A program made the translations under genes and the position numbers. A stretch of DNA of 64,000 nucleotides from an uncultured Chloroflexia bacterium (lineage in GTDB: Bacteria; Chloroflexota; Limnocylindria; Limnocylindrales; CSP1-4), in NCBI GenBank assembly GCA_963700555.1, contig CAVOXZ010000016.1, positions 41,891-105,890 on the forward strand, in the 5' to 3' direction. Of the stretch, positions 19,953-31,073 are shown piece after piece (within the stretch, counting starts at the first letter, position 1; each line of letters opens with the position of its first letter). The notes under the pieces were generated by a model. That model did not search any database and was not told where the DNA came from. It worked only from the letters and a program-made list of their open reading frames with translations.

Positions 19953-22424
19953 ATGCCCGAGGAGCCCTCGATGAGCAGCAACCTCCCCACCCAGGCCCGC
20001 GTCGTCGTGATCGGCGGCGGCATCGTCGGCGTCAGCATCGCCTACCACCTGGCCAAGCGCGGCTGGACGGACACGGTGCTGCTGGAGCGCAAGAAGCTCA
20101 CCAGCGGGACGACCTGGCACGCGGCCGGGCTGCTCACCAAGCTCCGCGCCACCTACAACATGACGCTCATCGCGTCCTACGCCGAGGAGCTGTTCCGGAC
20201 AGTCGAGGCCGAGACGGGCGATGGCACCGGCGTCCGGCGGACCGGCTCGATCCTGGTGGCCCGGACCCCCGGGCGCTGGGAGGAGGTCCGGCGCGGCCTG
20301 TCGATGGCCAAGATCTGCGGCTTCGACGTGGAGCTCATCGATGCGGCCGAGGTCAAGCGGATGTGGCCGCTCGCCGACGTCTCCGGCATCGTGGGCGCGG
20401 CCTACCTCCCCGCGGATGGTGTCGCCGATCCGAGCGACGCGACGCTGGCCGTGGCGAAGGCGTTCCGCATGCGCGGCGGCCAGGTCTTCGAGGACACGGC
20501 CGTCACCGAGGTCCTCACCCGGAACGGGCGGGTCACCGGCGTCCGCACGCCGGCCGGCGACATCGCCTGTGAGGCGGTCGTCAACTGCGCCGGCATGTGG
20601 GCCCGCGAGCTGGGCGCCCGCAACGGGGTGCGCATCCCCCTCCACGCCGCCGAGCATTTCTACCTGATCACCGAGCCCATCGAGGGCCTCGCGCCGGACC
20701 TGCCGGTGCTGCGCTGTCCCGACGACACCGCCTACATCCGCGAGGACACCGGCAAGATCATGGTCGGCTTCTTCGAGCCCGGCGCCAAGCCGTGGGGGAT
20801 GGACGGCATCCCCGAGGACTTCAGCTTCGGGACGCTGCCCAAGGACTGGGACCACCTGGACCCGTTCATCGCGCTGGCCGCCCGCCGCCTGCCGCTGCTC
20901 AACTCCGTCGGGATCCAGCTGTTCTTCAACGGGCCCGAGAGCTTCACGCCCGATGACCGCTACATCCTGGGCGAGGCGCCCGAGGTGGGCGGCTACTGGG
21001 TGGCCGCCGGCTTCAACTCGGTCGGGTTCCAGTCTGGGCCGGGGGTGGGCCGTGCTATGGCCGACTGGATCGTCGACGGCCACCCGCCGATGGACCTCTC
21101 GGAGGTGGACATCCGCCGGTTCTCGCCGTTCCAGGTCAACCGGAAGTACCTCCACGACCGGACGACCGAGGTCCTGGGCCTGCTCTACGACATGCACTGG
21201 CCGTTCCGCCAGGTCGAGACGGCCCGCGACGTCCGTCACTCGCCCCTCCACGCGCGACTCGTCGCCGCCGGGGCGTGCTTCGGGGAGGCCGGCGGCTGGG
21301 AGCGCGCGAACTGGTTCGCGCCGGCCGGCGTGGAAGCCCGGTACGAGTACAGCTACGGGCGCCAGAACTGGTTCGAGCACTCGGCGGCGGAGCACCGCGC
21401 CGTCCGCGAGACGGTCGGCCTGTTCGACATGACCTCGTTCGGCAAGACGCTGGTCCAGGGCCGCGACGCCGAGCAGGTCCTCAATCGCATCTGCGCCAAC
21501 GACGTGGCGGTGCCGGCCGGGCGGATCGTGTACACGCAGTGGCTCAACGAGCGTGGCGGGATCGAGGCGGATGTCACGGTCACGCGGCTTGACGAGACCA
21601 CGTTCCTGGTCATGAGCGCGGCCGTGGACCAGGCGCGGGACCTCGCATACCTCCGGCGCCACATCCCGGCCGACGCCCACTGCTTCGCGACCGACGTCAC
21701 CTCCGGATGGTCCGTGGTCAACGTCCAGGGCCCGCGATCGCGCGAGCTGCTCACGAGGGTGTCGCCGGCCGACTTCTCGAACGAGGCGTTCCCCTACATG
21801 ACGTGGCGCGAGATCGAGCTGGGCTACGCGATCGTCCGGGCCGTGCGCGCGACATACGCGGGCGAGCTGGGCTACGAGATCCACGCCCCGACCGAGATGG
21901 TCCAGCACGTCTACGACACGCTCATCGCCGCGTCCGACGGCCTGGGCCTGCGCCACGCCGGGTACCACGCGCTCAACTCGCTGCGGCTCGAGAAGGCCTA
22001 CCGGCACATGGGCCACGACATCACGGACGAGGACTCGCCGCTCGAGGGCGGGCTGGGCTTCGCCGTGGCCTGGGACAAGGCGGGCGGGTTCACCGGCCGC
22101 GACGCGCTGCTCCGCCAGCGGGAGGCCGGCCTCCGGCGCCGGCTGGTGACGTTCGAGCTCGAGGACCCGGAGCCGCTCCTGTACCACAACGAGCCGATCT
22201 GGCGTGATGGGGTGCTGGTCGGCAAGACGACGTCCGGCTGGTACGGGCACACGCTGGGCCACGCCATCGGGATGGGGTACGTGGAGGCCGGCGCGCCCGG
22301 GGAGGCCACCGCGGAGTGGCTGCTCGGCGGCTCCTACGAGCTGGAGATCGCGACCGAGCGGTTCGCGGCAAGGCCGTCGCTCCGGCCACCGTACGACCCG
22401 ACGGGAGCTCGCGTCCGGGCCTGA
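19953..22424 (+). CDS. GcvT-family FAD/THF-dependent N-methylamine oxidase/dehydrogenase (dimethylglycine/sarcosine dehydrogenase or MabO-like)
   Basis: GGGIVG, TSGTTWHAAG, NGPESFTPD, GWERANWF, then GcvT folate domain GELGYEI, LRLEK, PYDP; alternative start 19971. Confidence 0.88.
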   Translation: MPEEPSMSSNLPTQARVVVIGGGIVGVSIAYHLAKRGWTDTVLLERKKLTSGTTWHAAGLLTKLRATYNMTLIASYAEELFRTVEAETGDGTGVRRTGSILVARTPGRWEEVRRGLSMAKICGFDVELIDAAEVKRMWPLADVSGIVGAAYLPADGVADPSDATLAVAKAFRMRGGQVFEDTAVTEVLTRNGRVTGVRTPAGDIACEAVVNCAGMWARELGARNGVRIPLHAAEHFYLITEPIEGLAPDLPVLRCPDDTAYIREDTGKIMVGFFEPGAKPWGMDGIPEDFSFGTLPKDWDHLDPFIALAARRLPLLNSVGIQLFFNGPESFTPDDRYILGEAPEVGGYWVAAGFNSVGFQSGPGVGRAMADWIVDGHPPMDLSEVDIRRFSPFQVNRKYLHDRTTEVLGLLYDMHWPFRQVETARDVRHSPLHARLVAAGACFGEAGGWERANWFAPAGVEARYEYSYGRQNWFEHSAAEHRAVRETVGLFDMTSFGKTLVQGRDAEQVLNRICANDVAVPAGRIVYTQWLNERGGIEADVTVTRLDETTFLVMSAAVDQARDLAYLRRHIPADAHCFATDVTSGWSVVNVQGPRSRELLTRVSPADFSNEAFPYMTWREIELGYAIVRAVRATYAGELGYEIHAPTEMVQHVYDTLIAASDGLGLRHAGYHALNSLRLEKAYRHMGHDITDEDSPLEGGLGFAVAWDKAGGFTGRDALLRQREAGLRRRLVTFELEDPEPLLYHNEPIWRDGVLVGKTTSGWYGHTLGHAIGMGYVEAGAPGEATAEWLLGGSYELEIATERFAARPSLRPPYDPTGARVRA

Positions 22425-22463
22425 TCGCCAGGCCGTGCGCGCACCGGCTGGTGGGTGGCCCTG

Positions 22464-22472
22464 TGGTATCCT
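22464..22472 (+). promoter_or_regulatory. Extended -10 promoter for tRNA-Val/thrS
   Basis: TGgTATCCT 11 nt upstream of the tRNA 5' end. Confidence 0.55.
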
Positions 22473-22483
22473 CCGCCGCCGAA

Positions 22484-22560
22484 GGGCGATTAGCTCAGCT
22501 GGTTAGAGCGCATGCTTGACATGCATGAGGTCACTGGTTCGAGTCCAGTATCGCCCACCA
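22484..22560 (+). tRNA. tRNA-Val(GAC)
   Basis: Acceptor stem GGGCGAT/ATCGCCC, D-arm, anticodon stem CATGC-ttGACat-GCATG, GGTTCGAGTCC T-arm, encoded CCA. Confidence 0.97.
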
Positions 22561-22565
22561 CATCG

Positions 22566-22800
22566 CGATGACCGGGGCACGCCCCGTCCACAGCCCGCCA
22601 GAGCGTTGCGATCACCGGCTGAGAGTCGCAACCGGGCTCCGGGACGACGGCACCACCCGTGAGCGGCCGGCGAACCGGCCCGGGATCCGCCCGTTAGCGC
22701 GGCATGAGAGCGCGGAACCGGGCCGACCGGCGACGCGAAGGCGGGTGGAACCGCGGGAGGTCTGACCTCTCGTCCTGTCGGGACGAGAGGTCTTGTGATT
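22566..22800 (+). ncRNA. T-box riboswitch (Thr specifier) upstream of thrS
   Basis: Stem I with GA motif, AG box, GCTGA, specifier ACC (22652-22654); CCGTTA; T-box AAGGCGGGTGGAACCGCG (22738-22755); terminator GACCTCTCGTCC/GGACGAGAGGTC. Confidence 0.9.
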
Positions 22801-22817
22801 CCAGGGGAGCGGATGTG

Positions 22818-24684
22818 ATGGCAGAAGAGCAGGCGGCAGCAGTTGACGGTGCGGCGATCGCGGTCGAGGACGAGCTCGACTTCGACGCCCCGGACCGGGG
22901 CTCGGCGGACGAGCTGCTCGACGCGGGGGCGCACGCGCCCATCGACGCGATGCGCCATTCGACGGCGCACGTGATGGCCGAGGCGGTCCTCGACCTGTTC
23001 CCGGGCGCCCGGCTGGGGATCGGGCCCGCGATCGACAACGGGTTCTACTACGACTTCGAGCTGGCCAGGGCGCTGACGCCCGACGACCTCTCCGCGATCG
23101 AGGGCCGGATGCGGGAGTCGATCGCCGCCGATCACCCGTTCGTCCGCAAGGAGGTCCCGTTTCGAGGACGGGAGGGCGCTGGCGGAGGCCCAGGGCCAGC
23201 CGTTCAAGGTCGAGATCCTCGACGACCTGGCGCGGAAGGCGTCCGAGGCCGGCACGGAGGTGCCGCCGACCACGTTCTACGAGCACGGCCCGTTCATGGA
23301 CCTGTGCAAGGGCCCGCACGTGCCTTCGACAGGGCGGATCGGCTCGTTCAAGCTGCTCACCGTCGCCGGGGCCTACTGGCGCGGCGACGAGAAGCGACCG
23401 ATGCTCCAGCGCATCTACGGCACGGTCTGGGAGACCCAGGAGGAGCTCGACCTCTACCTCGCCCGGCGCGAGGAGGCGAAGAAGCGCGACCACCGCAAGC
23501 TCGGTGTGCAGCTCGACCTGTTCAGCTTCCACGACGTGTCGCCCGGCTCGGCGTTCTGGCATCCGAAGGGGCAGCGCATCTGGCGCACGCTCGAGACGGC
23601 CATGCTCGAGCTCCAGGAGCGGCGCGGCTACCAGGAGGTCTCGACGCCGATCGTCGTCTCGGAGCGGCTGTGGCGCCAGTCCGGTCACTGGGACCACTAC
23701 GCCGACAACATGTTCATCGTCGAGTCCGAGGGCCAGAAGTTCAGCCTCAAGCCGATGAACTGCCCCGAGTCCACGTTCATCTACCGCTCGCACCTGCGCT
23801 CCTACCGGGACCTGCCGCTGCGCTTCAACGAGTACGGCCGGCTCCACCGCAACGAGCGATCCGGCGCGCTGTCCGGGCCTCACCCGAGTGCGCCAGTTCA
23901 TCCAGGACGACGCGCACGTCTACGTCCGCCCGGACCAGCTGACGGCGCGAGATCGAGGCGCTCGTCGGGCGAGGTGAACGAGGCGTTCGGCTGGTTCGGG
24001 CTGGAGCCGCGGTTCGCGTTCGCCACCCGGCCCGACAAGGCGATCGGCGACCCGGCGCTCTGGGACCTTGCCGAGCGGCTGATCAGGGAGGCGCTCGACC
24101 GGGTGGCGGGCGACTACGCCGTCAAGCCCAAGGACGGCACGTTCTATGCGCCCAAGATCGACATCTACATCGACGACGCCCTCGGCCGCGAGTGGCAGAT
24201 GGCGACCATCCAGATCGACCTCGTGATGCTGCCCGAGCGGTTCGACCTGACCTACATCGACGAGGACGGCCAGCCCAAGCGCCCGATGGCGATCCACCGG
24301 GCGATCTACGGCTCGCTGGAGCGGTTCATCGGCATCCTGGTGGAGCACTTCGCCGGGGCGTTCCCGCTGTGGGTCGCGCCCGTCCAGGCGGTGGTCATCC
24401 CGATCGCGGACCGGCACGTGGAGCCCGCCCAGGACCTGGCGGCCGAGCTGCGTTCGGCCGGCCTGCGGTTCGTCGAGGTCGACGCCTCGGACAACCGGAT
24501 GCAGAACAAGATCCGCCTCGCCCAGGGCCAGAAGGTGCCGTACATGCTGATCCTCGGCGACCGGGAGGTGGAGGCCCGCACGGTGTCGGTGCGACGACGC
24601 GACGGCTCGCAGGAACAGGGCGTCACCTGGGCCGACCTGGCCGTCCGCCTTGGCGACGAGGTGCGAACCCGCGCGATCGGGTAG
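22818..24684 (+). CDS. thrS: Threonyl-tRNA synthetase (frameshifted)
   Basis: HSTAHVMA, GPAIDNGFYYDF, DLCKGPH, GAYWRGD, RDHRKLG, KPMNCP, HRAIYGSLERF. Confidence 0.95.
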
Positions 24685-24811
24685 GGGGCCGGCGCGCCAC
24701 GCCGTTCGTTGCGAGCGATCGAACCTGCGTGCTATCCTCCCGCGGCGACCGCACCGGGCGTTTGGCTTTGTGCGCCGCACGTTCAGCCACGACAACAAAG
24801 GGAACCACGAC

Positions 24812-25450
24812 ATCAGCCGAGACCTGCGCATCAACCAGATGATCCGTGTCCCCCAGGTCCGGGTCCTCGACGAAGATGGCTCACAGTTGGGCGTCATGCC
24901 CACGCAGCAGGCCCTGGCGATGGCGCAGGAGCGAGGCTTCGATCTCGTCGAGGTCGCTCCGACCGCGGCTCCCCCGGTCGTCAAGTTTCTCGACTTCGGT
25001 CAGTACAAGTACGAGCTGACCAAGCGCGAGAAGGAGGCGAAGCGGAAGCAGCGGGCGGTGGAGTTCAAGGAGGTCCGCCTGTCGCCGAAGATCGGCATCG
25101 GCGACTTCGAGACCAAGGTCCACCGCGCGATCGAGTTCCTCGAGGATGGTGACAGGATCAAGGTGACCGTCCGGTTCCGCGGACGGGAGCTCACGCACCC
25201 GGAGATCGGCCGGAATCTCCTCGCCAAGTTCGGCGAGGCGGTCAAGGAGCACGGAACCGTCGACCGGATGCCGGCGCTCGAAGGCAAATCGATGTTCATG
25301 ACGCTCGCCTCGGTCCACAAGCCGAAGACCCACGAGCACCGCAACCCGGCGGGGAAGGACGGCGACACCAAGGCCGCCGAAGCCAGCCCCGCCCCCGCCC
25401 CGACGCCCTCCGCCGAGCCGGCGGTCGAGGCGGCGCCAGCAGGAGAGTGA
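24812..25450 (+). CDS. infC: Translation initiation factor IF-3 (probable ATC start)
   Basis: [41 protein letters not shown]; in-frame ATC after AAGGGA; position between thrS and rpmI. Confidence 0.95.
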   Translation: MSRDLRINQMIRVPQVRVLDEDGSQLGVMPTQQALAMAQERGFDLVEVAPTAAPPVVKFLDFGQYKYELTKREKEAKRKQRAVEFKEVRLSPKIGIGDFETKVHRAIEFLEDGDRIKVTVRFRGRELTHPEIGRNLLAKFGEAVKEHGTVDRMPALEGKSMFMTLASVHKPKTHEHRNPAGKDGDTKAAEASPAPAPTPSAEPAVEAAPAGE

Positions 25451-25457
25451 GGCCAGC

Positions 25458-25656
25458 GTGCCGAAGATGAAGACCCACAAGGGGGCCCAGAAGCGAATCG
25501 GGGTCACCGGGTCCGGCAAGTTCATCCGGGTGAAGTCCTGGCGCGGACACCACCTCGAGCTGAAGTCGTCGCGCCGAACCCGTCGGTATGCCGGCAAGGT
25601 CGCTGCTGGGACCCGAGTCCCAGGAGCAGGTCCGCCGCCTGCTGCCGTACGCGTAG
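25458..25656 (+). CDS. rpmI: 50S ribosomal protein L35 (frameshifted)
   Basis: [20 protein letters not shown]...[13 protein letters not shown]; ends VRRLLPYA* in a shifted frame. Confidence 0.92.
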
Positions 25657-25665
25657 GAGCGCCCG

Positions 25666-26016
25666 ATGGCACGCGTCAAGCGGGGCGTCACCGCCCACAA
25701 GCGCCACAAGCGGCTGCTCAACGCCTCCGAGGGGCGAACGGGCACCAACCGCAAGCTCGTCAAGCGGGCTCGCGAGTCCCAGCTCCACGCGCTGGCCTAC
25801 GCGACCCGGGACCGGAAGCAGCGGAAGCGCGACATGCGCCAGCTGTGGATCATCCGGATCAACGCGGCGGCTCGCCTGAACGGCATCTCCTACAGCAAGC
25901 TCGTCGCCGGTCTCCGCAAGGCCAACGTCGACCTGGATCGCAAGGTCCTCGCCGACATCGCCGTCCGCGACGCCGCGACCTTCGGCCGGATCGCCGAGGT
26001 CGCCCGCACGGCCTGA
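25666..26016 (+). CDS. rplT: 50S ribosomal protein L20
   Basis: [45 protein letters not shown]. Confidence 0.97.
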   Translation: MARVKRGVTAHKRHKRLLNASEGRTGTNRKLVKRARESQLHALAYATRDRKQRKRDMRQLWIIRINAAARLNGISYSKLVAGLRKANVDLDRKVLADIAVRDAATFGRIAEVARTA

Positions 26017-26038
26017 TCGTCCGCGATCACGCAGGCCC

Positions 26039-26078
26039 GAGCCCTCGACGTCGCCATGGCGCTCGGGGGTTCGTGATT
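26039..26078 (+). terminator. Hairpin between rplT and pheS (possible terminator)
   Basis: GAGCCCTCGA...TCGGGGGTTC stem followed by GTGATT; weak U-tract. Confidence 0.35.
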
Positions 26079-26101
26079 CTCAGGACCCGGAACAGGAGCT
26101 C

Positions 26102-27142
26102 ATGGATCTCGCCCAGCTGACATCCGATCTCCAGGCGCTGCGCACCCGGGCCGTGAAGGCCGCATCGGCGGCGCCGGATACGGCTGCCGTCGACGACCTC
26201 GAGGTCGGCGTCCTGGGCAAGAAGGGCGACCTGACGGCCATCCTGCGCGGCATCGGCGCCTTGCCGGCCGAGGACCGGCCGCGGGTCGGGGCCGTCGCCA
26301 ACGAGGTCCGAGCTGCCGTCGAGGCGGCGCTGGGCGAGGCACGCGAGCGCCTGGGATCGGCGGAGCTCGCCACCCGCCTGGCGGCCGAGGCGCTCGACGT
26401 GACGACGCCCGGCCGTCCGATCCGGCGCGGGTCGCTGCACCCGATCCTGGAGACCGCGCGCGAGATCGCCGACGTGTTCGCCCAGTTCGGGTTCGTGGTC
26501 TACGAGGGACCCGAGATCGAGGACGACCTCACCAACTTCCAGATGCTCAACATCCCGCCCGACCACCCGGCCCGGGACCTGTGGGACACCCTGTACCTCG
26601 ACCTCGATGGGCGCCTGCTCCGCACCCACACGAGTCCGGGCCAGATCCGCGTCATGCACCAGGAGCGACCGCCGATCCGGGCGCTGCTGCCGGGGCGCTG
26701 CTTCCGCTACGAGGCGGTCGATGCCAGCCACGCCTCGGAGTTCTTCCAGGTCGAGGGCCTGATGATCGACGAGGCCACGTCGATGGCGGACCTCAAGGGG
26801 CTGCTGGACCAGTTCGCCCACGCGATGTTCGGCGAGGACCGGGCGACCCGGTTCCGACCCGGCTACTACCCGTTCACGGAGCCGTCGGTCGCGTTCGACA
26901 TCCTGTGCGTGATCTGCAACGGCGAGAAGTGCCCCGCCTGCTCGCGCACGGGCTGGATGACGATCCTGGGGGCCGGCATGGTGCACCCGGTGGTCCTGCG
27001 CTACGGCGGCATCGACCCCGAGCGCTACCAGGGGTTCGCGTTCGGGATGGGCGTCGAGCGTATCGCGAACCTCCGCCACCATGTCGTCGACCTCCGCGCG
27101 TACATGGAGGACGACCTCCGCTTCCTGGGAGCCTTCCGGTGA
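26102..27142 (+). CDS. pheS: Phenylalanyl-tRNA synthetase alpha subunit
   Basis: [47 protein letters not shown]. Confidence 0.97.
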   Translation: MDLAQLTSDLQALRTRAVKAASAAPDTAAVDDLEVGVLGKKGDLTAILRGIGALPAEDRPRVGAVANEVRAAVEAALGEARERLGSAELATRLAAEALDVTTPGRPIRRGSLHPILETAREIADVFAQFGFVVYEGPEIEDDLTNFQMLNIPPDHPARDLWDTLYLDLDGRLLRTHTSPGQIRVMHQERPPIRALLPGRCFRYEAVDASHASEFFQVEGLMIDEATSMADLKGLLDQFAHAMFGEDRATRFRPGYYPFTEPSVAFDILCVICNGEKCPACSRTGWMTILGAGMVHPVVLRYGGIDPERYQGFAFGMGVERIANLRHHVVDLRAYMEDDLRFLGAFR

Positions 27143-29646
27143 GAGTCCCGCTGTCCTGGCTCCGTGACTTCGTCGACGTCGAGCTCACCCCCGAGCAGCT
27201 CGCCGAGCGGCTGACGCTGCTCGGCATGGAGGTCAAGCACGTCGAGCGCTGGGGGGCCGACTGGCAGGGCGTCGTCACCGGCGAGCTGCTCACCGTCGAG
27301 AAGCACCCGCGCGCGGACCGGCTGAGCCTGACGACCGTGACGCTCGGCGACGGTTCCGAGCCGCTCGCGATCGTGTGCGGCGCCACCAACATCGCCCCCG
27401 GCCAGCGGATCCCGGTGGCGCTCCCGGGCTCCGTCCTGCCCGGTGATCGCCGGATCGCGCGCACCGAGAAGATGGGCGTCGTGTCCAACGGCATGCTGTG
27501 CTCGGGCGACGAGCTCAAGCTCACGGCCGACGCGGACGGGATCCTGGTCCTGCCCGCCGGCACTCCGCTCGGCGTTCCGCTGGCGGACCTGTTCGGCGAC
27601 GTCGTGCTCGACGTTGACGTCAAGCCCAACCGCGGCGACGCCCTCTCGATCCTGGGGCTCGCCCGTGAGGTCTCGGCCGTGACCGGTGCCCCGGTCCGGA
27701 TGCCCGAGATCACGGTCGAGGAGGGGAGCGGTCCATCGTCCGCCCAGCGCCTGGCCGTCCGGATCGATGATCCCGACCTGTGCACCGGCTTCGCCGGCCG
27801 CTGGGTGAGCGGCGTGACCATCGGCCCGTCGCCGGACGCGATCCAGATGCGGCTGCTCGCCGCCGGCCAGCGGCCGATCAGCAACGTGGTGGACGCGTCC
27901 AACTACGTGATGCTCGAGCTGGGCAAGCCGATCCACACCTTCGATGCCGCGGCGATCCACGCCGGCGCCGACGGACGCCCGACGATCATCGTCCGGCGGG
28001 CCGACGGCCGGGGAGCGCCTCGAGACGCTGGACCACGTGCAGCGCGACCTCGCGGACGACACGCTGCTGATCGCGGATCCGGCGGGTCCCCTGGCCATCG
28101 CCGGGGTCATGGGCGGCGCCACGTCCGAGGTGTCGGAGACGACCCGCGACGTGGTCATCGAGTCGGCGATCTTCGACCCGGTCAGCATCCGGCGGACCGC
28201 CCAGCGGTTCGGCCTGCGCTCCGAGGCCTCGAGCCGCTTCGAGAAGGGCCAGGAGCCGCGCCTGGCACGGCTGGGCGCGGATCGCACGGCGCAGCTGATC
28301 AGCGCCTGGGCGGGCGGCGAGATCGCGGGCGGCGCCGTGGACATCGCTCCCGAGGCGCCGCCGGCGGTGCGGGTCGCGTTCCGTCCGGCGTCGCGCCAAC
28401 CGCCTGCTGGGGACGGAGCTGAGCGCGGCGGAGCAGCAGGCCCTGCTCGCGCGCGTCGGGATCGAGACCGAGCCCGCGCCGGCCGGCACGCCCGTTCCCG
28501 TCGCCCTGCAGCCCGAGCCCCTGACCGTGCCCTCGCTGTGCCGGCGAGGCGGTCATCGCCCTCGTGCCCAGCTGGCGCCGCGACATCGCGATCGAGGCCG
28601 ACGTGGTCGAGGAGATCGCGCGCGTCCGCGGCTATGAGCTGACGCCGTCGGTGACGCCCGACACGGCGATGCCGCACTATCGCGCCTCGCCGCTCGAGGT
28701 CAGGGAGCTGGTCCGGGAGACGCTCGCCGGGGCCGGGCTGACCGAGGTCGTCACGACGGCCCTGGTCTCGCCGCGCCACGTCGAGACGTTCGTGCTGGCC
28801 CACGAGGTGCCCTCGGTGGGCGACGAGCCGCAGCCGGGGGGCGACCCCATCGCCGTCACCAACCCGCTCTCGCGTGATCACTCGCTGCTGCGCCGGAACC
28901 TGCTGGGCAGCCTGCTCGATGTCGTGGGCGTCAACCTCCGCCACGGGACCGAGGACGTCGCGGTGTTCGAGATCGGCAAGGGCTACGCGCGGACCGGTGG
29001 CGAGCCGCGGGAGTGGTGGCGCCTGGGCATCGCGCTCGTGGGCGCCGCCGAGCCTCCGGCCTGGAACCGTCGTGAACGTCCCTACGACCTCGACGATGCC
29101 AAGGGGATCCTGGACCTCCTCGCGCGGCGTCTCGGCCTGCCGCGGCCCGGGTATCAGCCGGAGTCGGGCGAGCCCCTGTTCCACCCCGGCCGGACGGCCC
29201 GAGCCACCGCCGATGACCGCCTCCACGCGCTCGTCGGCGAGGTCCATCCGGCCATCGTGGAGGCCTGGGAGCTGCGGACGAGCCGGCGCGTCATCCTGGC
29301 CGAGATCTCGATCGAAGGGCTGGCAGCGGGACGCCTCGCTTCCGAGCGTGCGATCGAGGTGCCCCGCTTCCCCGGCGTGGAACGAGACCTCGCGATCATC
29401 GTGCCCGAGGCGACACCCGTCCGCCTGGTCGAGGATCTCGTGCGCGCGCACGCCGGCGAGCTGCTGCGCCACGTTGCGCTGTTCGACATCTACCGCGGCA
29501 TCCCGCTCGGCGGCGATGAGAAGAGCCTGGCCTTCCGGCTCCGCCTGGAGGCGCCCGACCGGACGCTCACCGAGGCCGAGGTGGAAGCCGCGGTGGCGAG
29601 CGTGGTCGCCGCGTTGCCCGGGGCCGGGGCTCGGCTGCGGGCATGA
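27139..29646 (+). CDS. pheT: Phenylalanyl-tRNA synthetase beta subunit (frameshifted)
   Basis: [59 protein letters not shown]. Confidence 0.95.
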
Positions 29647-29788
29647 CCGGGCCCTGCGCGCGGCCCGACCGGGGCGGCACGGCGAGCACGGCTGCCGTTT
29701 CCCGTTGCGGTCGGCTTGGACGCGCTGCTACGCTTCCGCTCGGATCATGGCCGGCGGGGGTTCCGGTCGCCGTCACGAGGGATGACGC

Positions 29789-30373
29789 GTGAACATCGTC
29801 GAGACCATCCAGTCGATCAACCTGTTCGACCTGCTGACCATCCTGTTCCTGTTCGCCATGTTCGTCCTGGGGTACATCCAGGGGTCCATCCGGCGGCTGG
29901 TCGGGACGCTGTCGTTCATCTTCTCGTTCTTCCTCGCGGCCCTGCTCTCGGTGCCGTTCGGCGACTTCCTCAAGTCGTACTGGACCAACTACCCGGACGA
30001 GTACTCGGTGATGCTCGGGTTCCTGGTCCTGTTCGGGGCCGCGGTCGTGGCGTTCTTCCTGGTCATCCAGGGCACCTACAGCAAGACGCAGCTGTTCGCG
30101 AAGTACCCGGTCGTCGACGAGATCCTCGGTGGCGTCGTGGGGGTCGCGCAGGGCCTGCTCCTGCTGCTGTTCCTGACCATCATCCTGGACCAGTACTTCC
30201 TGTTCGCGCCGACGATCGCGCGGATCGAGGAGGTGCCGTTGCTGCGGCCGATCTGGGAGTCGCTCAACGCCTCGACGTTCGGCTCGCTGCTCCACCAGCA
30301 GGTGATCCCGAACTTCGTGAGCCTCACCGGCTTCCTGCTCCCGGACTACCTCAGGGCCGTCTACGCCCGCTAG
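29789..30373 (+). CDS. CvpA family membrane protein
   Basis: Four-TM protein: DLL.ILFL...LGYIQG.IRRL, DEILGGVVG; usual position upstream of mutS2. Confidence 0.75.
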   Translation: MNIVETIQSINLFDLLTILFLFAMFVLGYIQGSIRRLVGTLSFIFSFFLAALLSVPFGDFLKSYWTNYPDEYSVMLGFLVLFGAAVVAFFLVIQGTYSKTQLFAKYPVVDEILGGVVGVAQGLLLLLFLTIILDQYFLFAPTIARIEEVPLLRPIWESLNASTFGSLLHQQVIPNFVSLTGFLLPDYLRAVYAR

Positions 30374-30382
30374 GGACCGGCC

Positions 30383-31073
30383 GTGACCGCCAGCACCCGC
30401 GACCGACCGCCACCGACCCTGTCCCGGGAGCTGCTCGCCGCCGATTCGCTCGACGCCGCGCGCGCGCTGCTCGGTGCCCGCCTGGTCCGTGACCCCGATC
30501 CGGGCGCGGCCACGGACCACGACCTGGGCGCCCGCCGGGTCGGCCGGATCGTCGAGGTCGAGGCCTATGTCGGCGAGGACGACCGGGCGTCGCATGCGCG
30601 CATGGGGCCGACCGCCTCGGAACCGGGTGATGTTCGGTCCTCCGGGCATCGCCTACGTGTACCTTGTCTACGGCATGCACCACTGCCTCAACGTCGTGAC
30701 CGAGCCGCCGGCCCGGCCCGCGGCGCTGCTCATCCGCGCCATCGAGCCGACTCGAGGGCATCGCCGCCATGCGGGCGGCGAGCGGCGACCTCGCCGAGCC
30801 GCCGGTCCACCCGCCCGCTTGCCGATTCGCGCCTCGCGGCAGGGCCCGGACTCGTCGCCGCGGCCTGTTCCGTGGACCGCTCGTTCACGGGGCTGGACCT
30901 GTGCGACTCCGGCATCACGCCTGCGCCTCGAACCCGCACGCCAGGGCGACCGGCTGCCGGAGCTCGTGGCGGCCCCCCGGGTCGGCGTGGCCTATGCCGG
31001 CGAGCCGTGGGCTTCGATCCCGTGGCGCCTGCTCGACGCCTCGAGCCCGTCGCTCTCGACCCGGCGCGCCTGA
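30383..31073 (+). CDS. DNA-3-methyladenine glycosylase (MPG/AAG family) (frameshifted)
   Basis: [58 protein letters not shown]. Confidence 0.9.

Noticed and set aside
16722-22560. Catabolic operon as a tRNA-Val-anchored genomic island
   Set aside because: It lies 5' of the tRNA, with no integrase and no duplicated tRNA 3' end (att site) seen.
26017-26101. T-box or PheM-type attenuator before pheS
   Set aside because: Only 85 nt, with no T-box consensus and no Phe-rich leader peptide; just one hairpin.
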